Part shown: in pieces, positions 37,959 through 47,448 of the stretch | How positions within the stretch are numbered: the first letter of the stretch is position 1 | Layout: every line of letters begins with the position of its first letter | DNA from: an uncultured Clostridia bacterium | GTDB lineage: Bacteria > Bacillota > Clostridia > Christensenellales > UBA1242 | Assembly: GCA_944372445.1 (NCBI GenBank) | Contig: CALVZE010000001.1 | Span: forward strand, 50,199-114,198 | DNA length: 64,000 nt | Reading direction: 5' to 3' | Program-made: the position numbers and the translations under genes | The notes under the pieces: model-generated | What the model saw: the letters and a program-made list of their open reading frames with translations, nothing else | The model's database searches: none | What the model was told of the DNA's origin: nothing

Positions 37959-39236
37959 ATGGAAAAAGTTGAAGAAGCAATAATTAAAAACGATAGGATG
38001 TTACCTATTGACGATACTGATGCGAAAGAAAGTAAGCGTATTAAAAGCATAGACAGATTCCGCGGATTTTGTGTCTTTTGTATGCTAATCTTTCAATTTT
38101 TAAAAAACTTTCCTAGTCTCGGAATTTTGTCTAGGCTTGCTGACCATTCGCTGTCAAAAGGCATAATCATCTTGCCGGGCATGACACTTGCAGACATAAT
38201 TGCACCAGCATTTATCTTTGCAATCGGCTTAACCTTCACGCTGTCTTTCACTAAGTGGCAAAGGTTATATGGCACAAAACATGCCATTATTCACTACTTA
38301 GAGCGTGCGCTCTCCATTGTTGGACTTGGCACTTTTCTTGATTTATGCAACAAGGTCCTTGACAGTATGAGCGGTTACACCTTAAATGCGTTTGACTACA
38401 CAGTGCTTGCCTTCACTATTGTGGCAATTATCGGCTTGGTTTTAAGACTGCTTGCACTCATCCCTGCGTGGAAGAAAAAATTGTCAGTGCCAGCAGAACA
38501 CATCTTCTATGTGGCACTTTCTTGCATGGGCATTATGAACATCATAATAACCACCATTGACTTCTTTGCCATTCAAAACAATTTCAGTGCGTTTAGATAT
38601 GACTATTGGGTGACCTTGCAAGGAATTGGATTTGCTATTTTAGTTGCCTTTCCGTTTGTTAAATCTAAATGGTGGGTTAAACTTATCGGAGCGTCTGCAA
38701 TTTTTGTTGCCTTCACTGTTTTCCACCAATTAGGCAACAATAAGGCATGGCTTGATGTTATTGTGCATGGCGGAACGATAGGTGGCTTCGGTTGGGGTGC
38801 AATGTTAATCTTTGATATGATGATAGCCGATTTCTATTTTATGAAGAAAAGGCATATTTCACTTGCACTTTCTGCCATATTCTGCACGCTAGGCGTTTTC
38901 TTGACGCAGTGGCTTGGAGTGATAAATCTTGGCAGTTGTTCGCCAACGTTTATCTTAGTAAGCGTTGGGCTAAGTGGATTAATCTTCTTCATCTTTGATT
39001 ATCTTGATAAATACATAACGTGGAAATTTGAATTTCTCGTTTGGTGGGGCAAAAATCCTATCATCATGTTCTTAGTGGAATTCTTCGTCATCGGTGTTTA
39101 CACCACGGTCATGCCAGAAAGCGCCTTATCGGGTGCAAGTTGGTGGCTCGCGGGAATTCAAGGAATTTTGGCAATAGTGCTGTTGACAGCATTTGCATAT
39201 CTTCTTGCAAGGAAGAAAAAATCAATTAGTTTATAA
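37959..39236 (+). CDS. Polytopic membrane protein, HGSNAT/DUF1624/DUF5009-like (putative transmembrane acyltransferase), paralog 1
   Basis: N-terminal KRIKSIDRFRGFCVFCM motif, then LPGMTLADIIAPAFIFAIG, and about 10 TM segments. The ATG abuts the ligase stop. Confidence 0.7.
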   Translation: MEKVEEAIIKNDRMLPIDDTDAKESKRIKSIDRFRGFCVFCMLIFQFLKNFPSLGILSRLADHSLSKGIIILPGMTLADIIAPAFIFAIGLTFTLSFTKWQRLYGTKHAIIHYLERALSIVGLGTFLDLCNKVLDSMSGYTLNAFDYTVLAFTIVAIIGLVLRLLALIPAWKKKLSVPAEHIFYVALSCMGIMNIIITTIDFFAIQNNFSAFRYDYWVTLQGIGFAILVAFPFVKSKWWVKLIGASAIFVAFTVFHQLGNNKAWLDVIVHGGTIGGFGWGAMLIFDMMIADFYFMKKRHISLALSAIFCTLGVFLTQWLGVINLGSCSPTFILVSVGLSGLIFFIFDYLDKYITWKFEFLVWWGKNPIIMFLVEFFVIGVYTTVMPESALSGASWWLAGIQGILAIVLLTAFAYLLARKKKSISL

Positions 39237-39247
39237 AGGAGGAAAAA

Positions 39248-40549
39248 ATGAAAAAAGAAAAAAGTGATGTAATTATCGAAGAAGTTTTAAAAGACGAGAA
39301 ACTAGAATATCGTGCAAAAACTGACGAAACATCAGAGAAAGGCGAAAGACTATTATCTATCGACAGATTTAGAGGACTTTGTATGTTCTTAATGGTATGC
39401 TCTTTCATTCTTCCAATTTTCTCTTGTTTCAACTTTTTAGCACCGATTATTGAGCATGGTGCGGATGGCTTCCAAGTTTTGCCAGGAGTTTCGTTCGCGG
39501 ACTTGTTTGCGGCTATGTTCATCTTTGTTATAGGGCTGACAATCTGTAAAAGTTTCAAATCGCGTGAAAGAAAGTATGGCACGCGTAGAGCTTATTGGCA
39601 ACTTGCCATAAAATTTTTGGCACTTATAGGCATAGGTATTTTAATTAACGGCTTTGAAAATGGCTGGGTCGATGTTTTTACAGGAGCTAAAAAGTTTACT
39701 GAGCTTTCCATTAAAATTCAAATCTTTGCGGTAATGTTTTGGATTGCCTTTGCTCTTTTAATCGTCTTTTTAATCAGTCTTGCTGTTAAAAATGAAAAGT
39801 TTAAAAAGGTTTCAATATCAATGCTTCGCTACTTCCTTGCAATAGCAGGCGTTTTAGCACTTTATTTCATCTTAGTAAACACCGCAGAGAAAATCACAGT
39901 GCCAACAGACGGAGAGCGTTTTGGTGGTTGGGAATGGGACACTCTTCAAAACATAGGACTTGCAGGACTTATGGCACTTCCATTCGTTAAGTTTGACAAA
40001 TGGGGCAGATTGATTATGGTGTCAATCACCTTTGTTGTTATGACAGTATTGATGCAAAACGGACTTTTCCCTCTTGCAAATAAGATTTTGGAAGGAGGTA
40101 TATTTGGTGGTTTCAGCTGGGCAGGTATACTTCTTTTAGGTTCAGTTTTTGCCGAACTTAAAGACGACAAGCGCTATTGGATCATGTCCTCACTTATGCT
40201 TCTAATCTCCGTAGTTTTAATTGTTGCCTTTGGCTTTACCGCAGCAAAAAGAGGATGCACACCAGTTTACGCTCTCTTCTGCGCAAGCATATCTTCTATG
40301 ATTTGGGGCGGACTCAACTTCTTAAACAATTGGAAGCCTAAGTTCAGCTTCTTCGCAATTTGGGGAAGCAATGCCATTTTGACATATATACTGACCTTGG
40401 TGATAAGCATGCTTTTCGGCGGACTTTTAGAGACGCAGATGGCATCACTACATCCAGCCGCAGCGGTGGTTATCGTGCTTGCAATTTTAGGACTATTTAC
40501 CTTGATGAATTGGTATCTTAGAAAGAAAAATCGCTTTGTTAGAATTTAA
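39248..40549 (+). CDS. Polytopic membrane protein, HGSNAT/DUF1624/DUF5009-like, paralog 2
   Basis: ERLLSIDRFRGLCMFLM and LPGVSFADLFAAMFIFVIG, the same architecture as the upstream gene. RBS is AGGAGG. Confidence 0.7.
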   Translation: MKKEKSDVIIEEVLKDEKLEYRAKTDETSEKGERLLSIDRFRGLCMFLMVCSFILPIFSCFNFLAPIIEHGADGFQVLPGVSFADLFAAMFIFVIGLTICKSFKSRERKYGTRRAYWQLAIKFLALIGIGILINGFENGWVDVFTGAKKFTELSIKIQIFAVMFWIAFALLIVFLISLAVKNEKFKKVSISMLRYFLAIAGVLALYFILVNTAEKITVPTDGERFGGWEWDTLQNIGLAGLMALPFVKFDKWGRLIMVSITFVVMTVLMQNGLFPLANKILEGGIFGGFSWAGILLLGSVFAELKDDKRYWIMSSLMLLISVVLIVAFGFTAAKRGCTPVYALFCASISSMIWGGLNFLNNWKPKFSFFAIWGSNAILTYILTLVISMLFGGLLETQMASLHPAAAVVIVLAILGLFTLMNWYLRKKNRFVRI

Positions 40550-40630
40550 CTTGCTTGCAAAAAGAAGATATTTAAGTAAAATTTCTCGACTTAGGTCGGG
40601 ATTTTTTATCGAGAACAAGGCGAATTTTGC

Positions 40631-40665
40631 GGTCCTTCGACCAAGCATTGCTTGGTCGAAGGACC
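40631..40665. terminator. Perfect 17-bp-arm palindrome (operon terminator and member of the TCCTTCGAC repeat family)
   Basis: GGTCCTTCGACCAAGCA-t-TGCTTGGTCGAAGGACC. Confidence 0.6.
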
Positions 40666-40757
40666 TAAGAGAGTGCAGCGTGTCTTTATGAGATTCTTCG
40701 AGAAACTTTGCGAATATTTAGGCGCTTACTTGGTAAAACTAAAAATTGGAGGTATAT

Positions 40758-42023
40758 ATGAAATTTAATCCGTTTTTAGAAAAGCCAAAGAGTTTGGAAA
40801 GCTCGTTGATGGACTTTAAAAAGCTTTCCGGCAAGCCTTATAACAAGCTTGAAAGTAGTCCATACACGCGTGTGCGTTGCATACTCATGAACGGCACTGA
40901 GTATGAAGCGGTGTGGTTTTCACATCATTTTCATAGACACATAGATGACAATGACTTAAAGCGCTCGCTAGCCCTTGTTAGGCGCAATGAACAGCAACAG
41001 CAAAAGTTAATTTCTTCGTTAAAACCTATCGATGAAAATCTGCTTGAAACAACAATCGGCTATGAACAACTTGCGGTCGATTTGACGGCGTTTTTAGCAC
41101 AGCATGTGAAAGACAAGAATGTTAAAAGTGCGCTTGACTTTGCACTATTAGAGGACTTCGACCACCTTTATCGATATGCAAATATGCTTGAAAGTGATAT
41201 GGGCTGTCATGCTGAGGACTATGTTGGTGACTACACAGAAATCATGCCGGCACGTCCAACAATTGCTCATCACAGGCACCCGTATGACAGCGTAAAAAAT
41301 CATATCTGCAATAAAACTGCGGATCCGTTCGACAAGTGCGCTGTGAACATCATCACCGCTGCCGAGCAACAGACGATGAACTACTATATGAACCTAGGCG
41401 CGTTTTATAAAAATCAAAAAGGCAGGGAACTATATACTGAAATCGCCATGGTGGAAGAACAACATGTTACGCATTATGGTTCTCTTATCGACCCGTCGGC
41501 ATCGTGGTTTGAAATGTGCTTGATGCATGAATATATCGAGTGCTATCTCTACTACTCCATGCTCTGCGACGAAAGCGACGAGGGCGTGAAAAAGGTGTGG
41601 GAGATGTTGCTTGAACAGGAGATAGCACATCTTCACAGCGCCGTCAAAAATTTAAGAAAATATGAAAAGAAAGAGTGGCAAGAGGTCATTCCAAACGGCG
41701 AATTTCCAGAGCTCATTTCCTTTAAGTCGAATAAGAACTATATTAGGAACATCTTAAAAGACACCGTCTATAACACCGCAGAGCGCGAAGGCTATATAAA
41801 CATCAACGACCTATCTGAGGACGCCGACTTTTTCAAGTATCAAAGAAAAGTGATAAAAAAAGACAAAGATATGGCGTCGCATAAAGTGATTTTAGAACAT
41901 ATAGATAGATACGGCGAGGACTACCGCGTGGAAGATAAAGAAAATCCGATAAAGCCTCTTCAAGATAGAATGACCGACAACACCGAAATCGGAAGAGTTA
42001 AGTTTCATCCACAAGACAAGTAA
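40758..42023 (+). CDS. Ferritin-like / rubrerythrin-like diiron-motif protein, about 420 aa, function unknown
   Basis: Paired motifs GYEQLAVD...LEDFDH and AAEQQT...EEQHVTHY...EQEIAHLH. The ATG at 40758 follows GGAGG. Confidence 0.6.
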   Translation: MKFNPFLEKPKSLESSLMDFKKLSGKPYNKLESSPYTRVRCILMNGTEYEAVWFSHHFHRHIDDNDLKRSLALVRRNEQQQQKLISSLKPIDENLLETTIGYEQLAVDLTAFLAQHVKDKNVKSALDFALLEDFDHLYRYANMLESDMGCHAEDYVGDYTEIMPARPTIAHHRHPYDSVKNHICNKTADPFDKCAVNIITAAEQQTMNYYMNLGAFYKNQKGRELYTEIAMVEEQHVTHYGSLIDPSASWFEMCLMHEYIECYLYYSMLCDESDEGVKKVWEMLLEQEIAHLHSAVKNLRKYEKKEWQEVIPNGEFPELISFKSNKNYIRNILKDTVYNTAEREGYININDLSEDADFFKYQRKVIKKDKDMASHKVILEHIDRYGEDYRVEDKENPIKPLQDRMTDNTEIGRVKFHPQDK

Positions 42024-42225
42024 CTTTTACATCGAAAAATTTAGCAAGTTTGAATAAGGTTCTTACATGCATCATAGCATGTCCGCACTCATATTTGGAG
42101 TAACTTCTCAAACTTATGCCATTCATCTTAGCGACCTCACTTTGTGTGAGGTTTTTCTTTTTTCTAAGCTTCCTTAAATTGTTTCCTATTTGTTTCATAA
42201 CTCTCTTTCGCTCTTCATTGTTCAT
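41998..42225 (-). CDS. XRE-family helix-turn-helix transcriptional regulator (75 aa)
   Basis: LRKLRKKKNLTQSEVAKMNGISLRSYSKYECG matches the HTH_3 pattern. Confidence 0.85.
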   Translation of the reverse strand: MNNEERKRVMKQIGNNLRKLRKKKNLTQSEVAKMNGISLRSYSKYECGHAMMHVRTLFKLAKFFDVKVTCLVDET

Positions 42226-42265
42226 TTTTTACTCCTTTTAATTGCCACAAATGTGGAGCGTTTTA

Positions 42266-42334
42266 CATAACAATTGTTATGATTAATATAACATAACAAT
42301 CGTTATGTGTCAAGCATTTTACAACAATTGTTGT
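42266..42334. promoter_or_regulatory. Three palindromic operator-like sites in the divergent XRE promoter region
   Basis: CATAACAATTGTTATG (42266-42281), CATAACAATCGTTATG (42292-42307) and ACAACAATTGTTGT (42321-42334), with centres 26 and 28 bp apart. TATAAT lies at 42335-42340. Confidence 0.7.
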
Positions 42335-42364
42335 TATAATATTAAAATAAAGGTAGAAAAGTAA

Positions 42365-42574
42365 ATGTTTTCAGCAAGATTAAAAGAGTTGCGAAAAGAA
42401 AAAGGCTTGTCAGCCACGCAATTAGGTAAGGAGTTAAATATTTCATATCAAGCAATCCTTTTATGGGAGAACGGCGAGCGTGACATAAAATTAAGTTACG
42501 CCATAATGCTGGCTAAGTATTTCGATGTTTCGCTGGACTATCTTGCCGGTCTTTCAGATGAATACAAAAAATAA
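42365..42574 (+). CDS. XRE-family helix-turn-helix transcriptional regulator (69 aa)
   Basis: LKELRKEKGLSATQLGKELNISYQAILLWENGER matches the HTH_3 pattern. Confidence 0.85.
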   Translation: MFSARLKELRKEKGLSATQLGKELNISYQAILLWENGERDIKLSYAIMLAKYFDVSLDYLAGLSDEYKK

Positions 42575-42753
42575 TGAATTTACAAATTTTAAAAAAGCCA
42601 TATTTCAATTAGAAGTATGGTTTTTTAATGTGGAAATGTGGAAAAGTGAGCTTGCGAAAAAAATAAAAAGAAGAATTTTTCTGTTTGTCATATAAAAATT
42701 ATCAAATTTATTAGCGAATATGATATAATAGACTTGTTAAAGTGGAGGTATAT

Positions 42754-44151
42754 GTGAATAACTATGATGTTGTGATTGTTGGCGCTGGTCCTGCTGGGCT
42801 TTTCACCGCGTATGAGCTTAAAAGGTTAAATAAAAATTTAAAAGTATGTTTAATCGACCAAGGCAAACGGGCAAAAAATCGTAATTGTCCTATGAAACAG
42901 GGGCATAACTGTGTTAACTGTCAACCATGTCAAATCTTATCAGGTTTTGGCGGTGCTGGAACATTCAGTGACGGTAAACTCAACTTTATTCCAAAGCTTG
43001 GGAAAAGCGACCTATTTAAATATATGTCGGAGAGTGAAGCCTATAAAATCATCGACGATACAGAGGAAATTTTTAATAAGTTTGGCATGGACGCTGAGGT
43101 ATATCCAAAAAGCACGGAAAAGAGCGAAGAAATCAAGCGTCAAGTGACCTTAAAAGGTGCAAGACTTCTTCTTATCAAACAAAAACATCTAGGTTCTGAC
43201 ACATTGCCAGAGCATATCGAAAAATTTACAACCTATCTTGAAGATGAGGGCGTGGAAATTATTGAAAGTGGAAACGTTTTAGATATAGAGCAAGATGAAA
43301 ACAATCTTAATTATGTTACATACGAAAAGGCAAACAGCACAGCAAAGATGAGTGCTAAATATGTCGTTGTTGCGCCAGGACGAACGGGTGCAGAGTGGGT
43401 GCAAAAATTACTTGATAAGCACAATATTCCATATAACTCTCAAAGCATAGAAATAGGTGTTCGTGTGGAAGTCAGAAAGGAGATATTAAAGGCTATCACC
43501 GATGTCATCTATGACCCGACGATATTTATTAAGACTAAGACTTATGGCGACGAGATAAGAACTTTCTGCACAAATCCAGGTGGCTATGTGACAAAAGAAA
43601 ATTACTATGGCTACATCTGCGTAAATGGCCATGCGCTCAAAAATATTAAGTCAAACAATTCCAATTTCGCTTTTATCTCCAAAGTCACCTTGACTCAGCC
43701 TGTCACAAATACTCGACTTTACGGCGAGTCCATTGCACGCATTGCTAATGTGCTTGGAGATAACAAACCTATCATTCAAACGCTAAAAGACTTGAAACAG
43801 GGCAGGCGCAGTGAGTGGCACAGAATTAACAAGGGCTTCATTGAGCCTACTTTAAAAGACTGTGTGGCGGGCGACCTTGCTCTTGTCATGCCATATCGAA
43901 TTATAACCAACATTTTGGAGGGTTTAGAGGAGTTAGACAAAATCATTCCTGGTGTGAACAATGATGAAACGCTCTTGTATGGTCCAGAGATAAAGTTCTT
44001 TTCAAACGAGATTGAAACGGACAACAAATTTAAAGTCAAAGATAAAAATTTATATTTTATTGGCGATGGAGCAGGAAAGGCAGGCAATATCGTTGTGGCA
44101 GCCGCAACAGGGCTTATTTCAGCGCGCGATATTATTGAAAAAGAAAAATAA
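42754..44151 (+). CDS. FAD-dependent protein (COG2509-type uncharacterized dehydrogenase)
   Basis: YDVVIVGAGPAGLFTAYEL dinucleotide fold and C-terminal YFIGDGAGKAGNIVVAAATG. The GTG at 42754 follows GGAGG. Confidence 0.8.
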   Translation: MNNYDVVIVGAGPAGLFTAYELKRLNKNLKVCLIDQGKRAKNRNCPMKQGHNCVNCQPCQILSGFGGAGTFSDGKLNFIPKLGKSDLFKYMSESEAYKIIDDTEEIFNKFGMDAEVYPKSTEKSEEIKRQVTLKGARLLLIKQKHLGSDTLPEHIEKFTTYLEDEGVEIIESGNVLDIEQDENNLNYVTYEKANSTAKMSAKYVVVAPGRTGAEWVQKLLDKHNIPYNSQSIEIGVRVEVRKEILKAITDVIYDPTIFIKTKTYGDEIRTFCTNPGGYVTKENYYGYICVNGHALKNIKSNNSNFAFISKVTLTQPVTNTRLYGESIARIANVLGDNKPIIQTLKDLKQGRRSEWHRINKGFIEPTLKDCVAGDLALVMPYRIITNILEGLEELDKIIPGVNNDETLLYGPEIKFFSNEIETDNKFKVKDKNLYFIGDGAGKAGNIVVAAATGLISARDIIEKEK

Positions 44152-44178
44152 CGCGTCACTAATTTTTGGCTTTTTATT

Positions 44179-44223
44179 AGATGTTTCGACGGCGTAGCGT
44201 TCCGCTACTTGCGATAGCATGAC
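44179..44223. repeat. AGATGTTTCGAC...GCATGAC intergenic repeat copy with an internal hairpin, between convergent genes
   Basis: AGATGTTTCGACGGCGTAGCGttcCGCTACTTGCGATAGCATGAC. Confidence 0.65.
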
Positions 44224-44233
44224 AATGTTTTTT

Positions 44234-45268
44234 CTAAAAATTGAGATTGGTAAGTGCATTCCAAGTGTTATTGCCGACCAAGCCGTCAACAGCAAGGTTG
44301 TTTGCTCCTTGAAAGGCGCGAACCGCACTCAGCGTGCGACTGCCGAAAATTCCGTCAATTCCTCCGACAAGATAGAGATTGCTCTCTAAAAGTTGTTGTA
44401 AAAGAGTGACATATGCTCCGCGATTGCCCTCGCGTAGGAGTGGATACGGCGGAAGCGTGAGCAGGGTTCTCCATGTGTTTGTGCCGACAAGCCCGTCGAC
44501 CGAAAGCGAGTTATTTCGTTGAAAATCTCTAACCGCATTTAGAGTGCGACTACCGAATATGCCGTCCACCGTTAGATTGTAGCCATACTCGTTTAAAATA
44601 AACTGCAACAGATAGACAAAGTTACCTTGGCTACCAGAGCGAAGAAGTGGGTAGTTGTTTAAATTGTCGCGTGAGAGGTATGAAACGCCGAGATAGTTAC
44701 ACACGCCGTGGCAAGCCTCTTCGCCGACCTCAGTTTGAAAGAGAGGATTTATCATAAGGCGCGCTTCGCGTAAGTTTGTCATAAAGCCAGCCTCTATCAA
44801 GCTTGAAACACAGTTGACGCTAGAAAGAACTCCGACATCCAGCGTTTTCACTCCTCTGCCGTTTTGCGATGTTCCGCCTATGAGCTCAGCGTATAGGTTC
44901 TCAGCGAGATTTCGGCTTTGATTTGCCTTTATGTTTTGTGGTGAATAAAACACTTCTAAGCCTGAGGCGCTTGAAAAAGTTTCGCCATAAGCGTTATAGG
45001 CAAAGGTGACAAGCAAGGTTAGATTTTGAGAGTTAATCCTTCTTATTCTTTCATTAATGGAAACATCTTGTAATTCTGGCTTTACATCAAACACCGAAAG
45101 GTCTTGACGCATGCAAGCCTCAATAAATCTATTTTTTGCCATCCTATTAAACTCATTTTCATATATTTGCCTATTTAAGCCAGGCACAACAGGTGTTCGC
45201 TTTCCAGAAGTTGGCGGATTGACACCATGTTCGTCATTGGCGCCGATTAAAAAATCTTCATTTGCCAT
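44234..45268 (-). CDS. N-acetylmuramoyl-L-alanine amidase (Amidase_3-like) with two C-terminal PG_binding_1 repeats, no signal peptide
   Basis: N-terminal amidase pattern (HGVNPPTSGKR...LLVTFAYNA...IEAGFMTN) and two copies of DGIFGSRTLxAVRxFQ...L.VDGLVG.NTW. Confidence 0.8.
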   Translation of the reverse strand: MANEDFLIGANDEHGVNPPTSGKRTPVVPGLNRQIYENEFNRMAKNRFIEACMRQDLSVFDVKPELQDVSINERIRRINSQNLTLLVTFAYNAYGETFSSASGLEVFYSPQNIKANQSRNLAENLYAELIGGTSQNGRGVKTLDVGVLSSVNCVSSLIEAGFMTNLREARLMINPLFQTEVGEEACHGVCNYLGVSYLSRDNLNNYPLLRSGSQGNFVYLLQFILNEYGYNLTVDGIFGSRTLNAVRDFQRNNSLSVDGLVGTNTWRTLLTLPPYPLLREGNRGAYVTLLQQLLESNLYLVGGIDGIFGSRTLSAVRAFQGANNLAVDGLVGNNTWNALTNLNF

Positions 45269-45390
45269 AAAAACTCCTTTTATAGGTTTTTATGAGATTT
45301 GTCTATTTATTGACACAAAGTTATTATATATTTAAATGATTTTACTAAAACTAGTTTTAATTTTTGACCGCTTTGTGATATTATATTTAT

Positions 45391-47436
45391 ATGGAAAGTA
45401 GTTTAAGAAAAAGAAGAACAAAAATAGCACTTTTATTATGCATGTTCATGCTCCTTGTTTTTGCACTGTCTGGTTGTGGCACAACGATTGAAGAATTTGT
45501 GCCAGAGTTTGACAGTGGCTACTTTTTTAACAATTATGAAGTCAATATTGTCATCACGGAAGATAACAAATATGAAATTAATGAGAAGATAACAGCTACC
45601 TTTTTTGAAGAAACGAATGGTATTATGCATATACTTCCTATCGAGCAGACTATCGGCGTGCCGAACGACAACGGCGACAGAAAGATTAGAAATTACAAGT
45701 TTGAAGTGTCCGATTTTCGGTTGAATAACACTGACGGCGCCTTTGTGCGAGAGGGGGATGCTGGCGGGTATCCTGTGAGCGTGCATGAATTGCATTTGCC
45801 TTATGCCATGGGAGGAGATGAGTATGAAAGTTATACTTTCGACATTTCCTATACCTACGACATAGGCGATGACAGAGATACGAGTAAAGATTTTGTATAC
45901 TTTAATATCATAAGCTCAAATCTTGACACGCATGTAGGTAGCGTAAGTTTTTCTATTACCTTTCCTAAGGAAGTGACTTCGCAAGAAAAGTTGATGTTTT
46001 ATGTAGGTCGCTATGGCGAAAACACTGACGGCACAAAAATAAATTATACCTATAACGAAAAAATAAACACTTTGTCAGGCGCTCTTCTTCCAACAAAAGT
46101 AGGCTATTTTGACTTTTATGACTACTCGGAAGAGGGCGAGATAATCAAACAGCACACCGAAGAAGTGGCGCTATATTATGGCGAGGCGCTCACGATATAT
46201 CAACCTCTTGAACAAGGTTATTTCAATATTTCTAGAAGTTACACTTTTGATATCGTTCTGCTTGTTTTATTGTTTTTGCTTATAGTCGTTCTTGTTGTCT
46301 TCTTTGTTAAACATAGACGAAAGCACGACATCATCGATGTTGTGGAATTTAAGGCGCCAGACGGCTTAACGCCTACTGAGGCAGGTTACATCATAGACAA
46401 AACTATATCTGGTGACGATATTTCAGCTCTCATCGTTTATTGGGCGTCAAAAGGCTATGTCGAGATACAGGAGAAGGAAAAGAAAATTTATGTTAAGAAA
46501 CTGAAAGATTTAGAAAACGCTAAGGAGCATGAAAAATTCTTCTTTAATGCGATTTTTACCTCCGACCAGCCGATAGATACCTCAGCGCTCAAATCTTTTA
46601 ATCCGCTGTTTGGTCAGAAGATTTCAAACTCTGTCAAGAAGGACGGCAAAAAATATTTCACTCCTGCGGTAGATAGGTATTATCACATGACTCTCATAGC
46701 TATTTTTGTCGCATTGGTGCTGACTATTATAAGAATTGACCTACAAAGCTTAAACTACCTATTTATGCTCTTAAAGATTTTGCTTGCGGTGGTTGGTGTG
46801 GCATTGCTATGGCGACTGCCTAATATTGAAAAGTATAAGCACAAGCAAAAAACAGGCAAGTTTTGGACAAAAAAGATAATTTTGTTAATCTTGTCATTGG
46901 CTTGCTTTATAGGTATCATGCTTATGAGCGAAGCGTATTGCGACCCATTCCTTATTAGAATATTCCTTCCGATTGTGCCGATAGCTCTCTTCTTTATCTA
47001 TCCATATTTTGAGCAATACACTCAAAAAGGTCGTGAATATTTAGGTAGGCTCCGCGGACTTAAACAATACATTGAAGTGGCAGAGAAAGACATGATGGAG
47101 GCTATGGTTAAAGAAAATCCAACGTTATTTTATGATGTGCTTCCTTATGCCTATGTGCTTGGCGTTAGCGATGTCTATATGAAGAAATTTGAGGGAATAC
47201 CTCTTCAAAGCCCGACTTGGATTGTCGCCGACAATGCTCTTTCGCTTTATATGACCATTTATCTAATGAACAGAAGCATGGCGACCTTAGGTGTTATGGT
47301 TGGACGAACTATGGTAAGTGCGATAGTTAAAGAAGTGGCAAAAATCGCCGTGGCAACCACCATTTCAAATATCGGCGATGGTGACGGAGGCTTCTCAGGT
47401 GGTGGCGCAGGCGGTGCTGGTATAAGAAGATTTTAG
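45391..47436 (+). CDS. DUF2207-family membrane protein
   Basis: Lipoprotein-like signal (LSGCG), a large extracytoplasmic domain, several TMs and a Gly-rich tail (GDGDGGFSGGGAGGAG) typical of DUF2207. Confidence 0.75.
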   Translation: MESSLRKRRTKIALLLCMFMLLVFALSGCGTTIEEFVPEFDSGYFFNNYEVNIVITEDNKYEINEKITATFFEETNGIMHILPIEQTIGVPNDNGDRKIRNYKFEVSDFRLNNTDGAFVREGDAGGYPVSVHELHLPYAMGGDEYESYTFDISYTYDIGDDRDTSKDFVYFNIISSNLDTHVGSVSFSITFPKEVTSQEKLMFYVGRYGENTDGTKINYTYNEKINTLSGALLPTKVGYFDFYDYSEEGEIIKQHTEEVALYYGEALTIYQPLEQGYFNISRSYTFDIVLLVLLFLLIVVLVVFFVKHRRKHDIIDVVEFKAPDGLTPTEAGYIIDKTISGDDISALIVYWASKGYVEIQEKEKKIYVKKLKDLENAKEHEKFFFNAIFTSDQPIDTSALKSFNPLFGQKISNSVKKDGKKYFTPAVDRYYHMTLIAIFVALVLTIIRIDLQSLNYLFMLLKILLAVVGVALLWRLPNIEKYKHKQKTGKFWTKKIILLILSLACFIGIMLMSEAYCDPFLIRIFLPIVPIALFFIYPYFEQYTQKGREYLGRLRGLKQYIEVAEKDMMEAMVKENPTLFYDVLPYAYVLGVSDVYMKKFEGIPLQSPTWIVADNALSLYMTIYLMNRSMATLGVMVGRTMVSAIVKEVAKIAVATTISNIGDGDGGFSGGGAGGAGIRRF

Positions 47437-47448
47437 TAAGGAGGAAAA

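Noticed and set aside
42629-42645. Tandem TGTGGAAA TGTGGAAAA considered as a third DnaA-box cluster.
   Set aside because: There are only two imperfect, same-strand half-matches, with no AT-rich tract or additional boxes nearby.
41998-45268. A possible prophage remnant (CI/Cro-like pair plus an endolysin-like amidase).
   Set aside because: No integrase, terminase, capsid, tail or holin genes are present. An ordinary FAD-protein gene separates the two elements, so the evidence is insufficient to call a mobile element.
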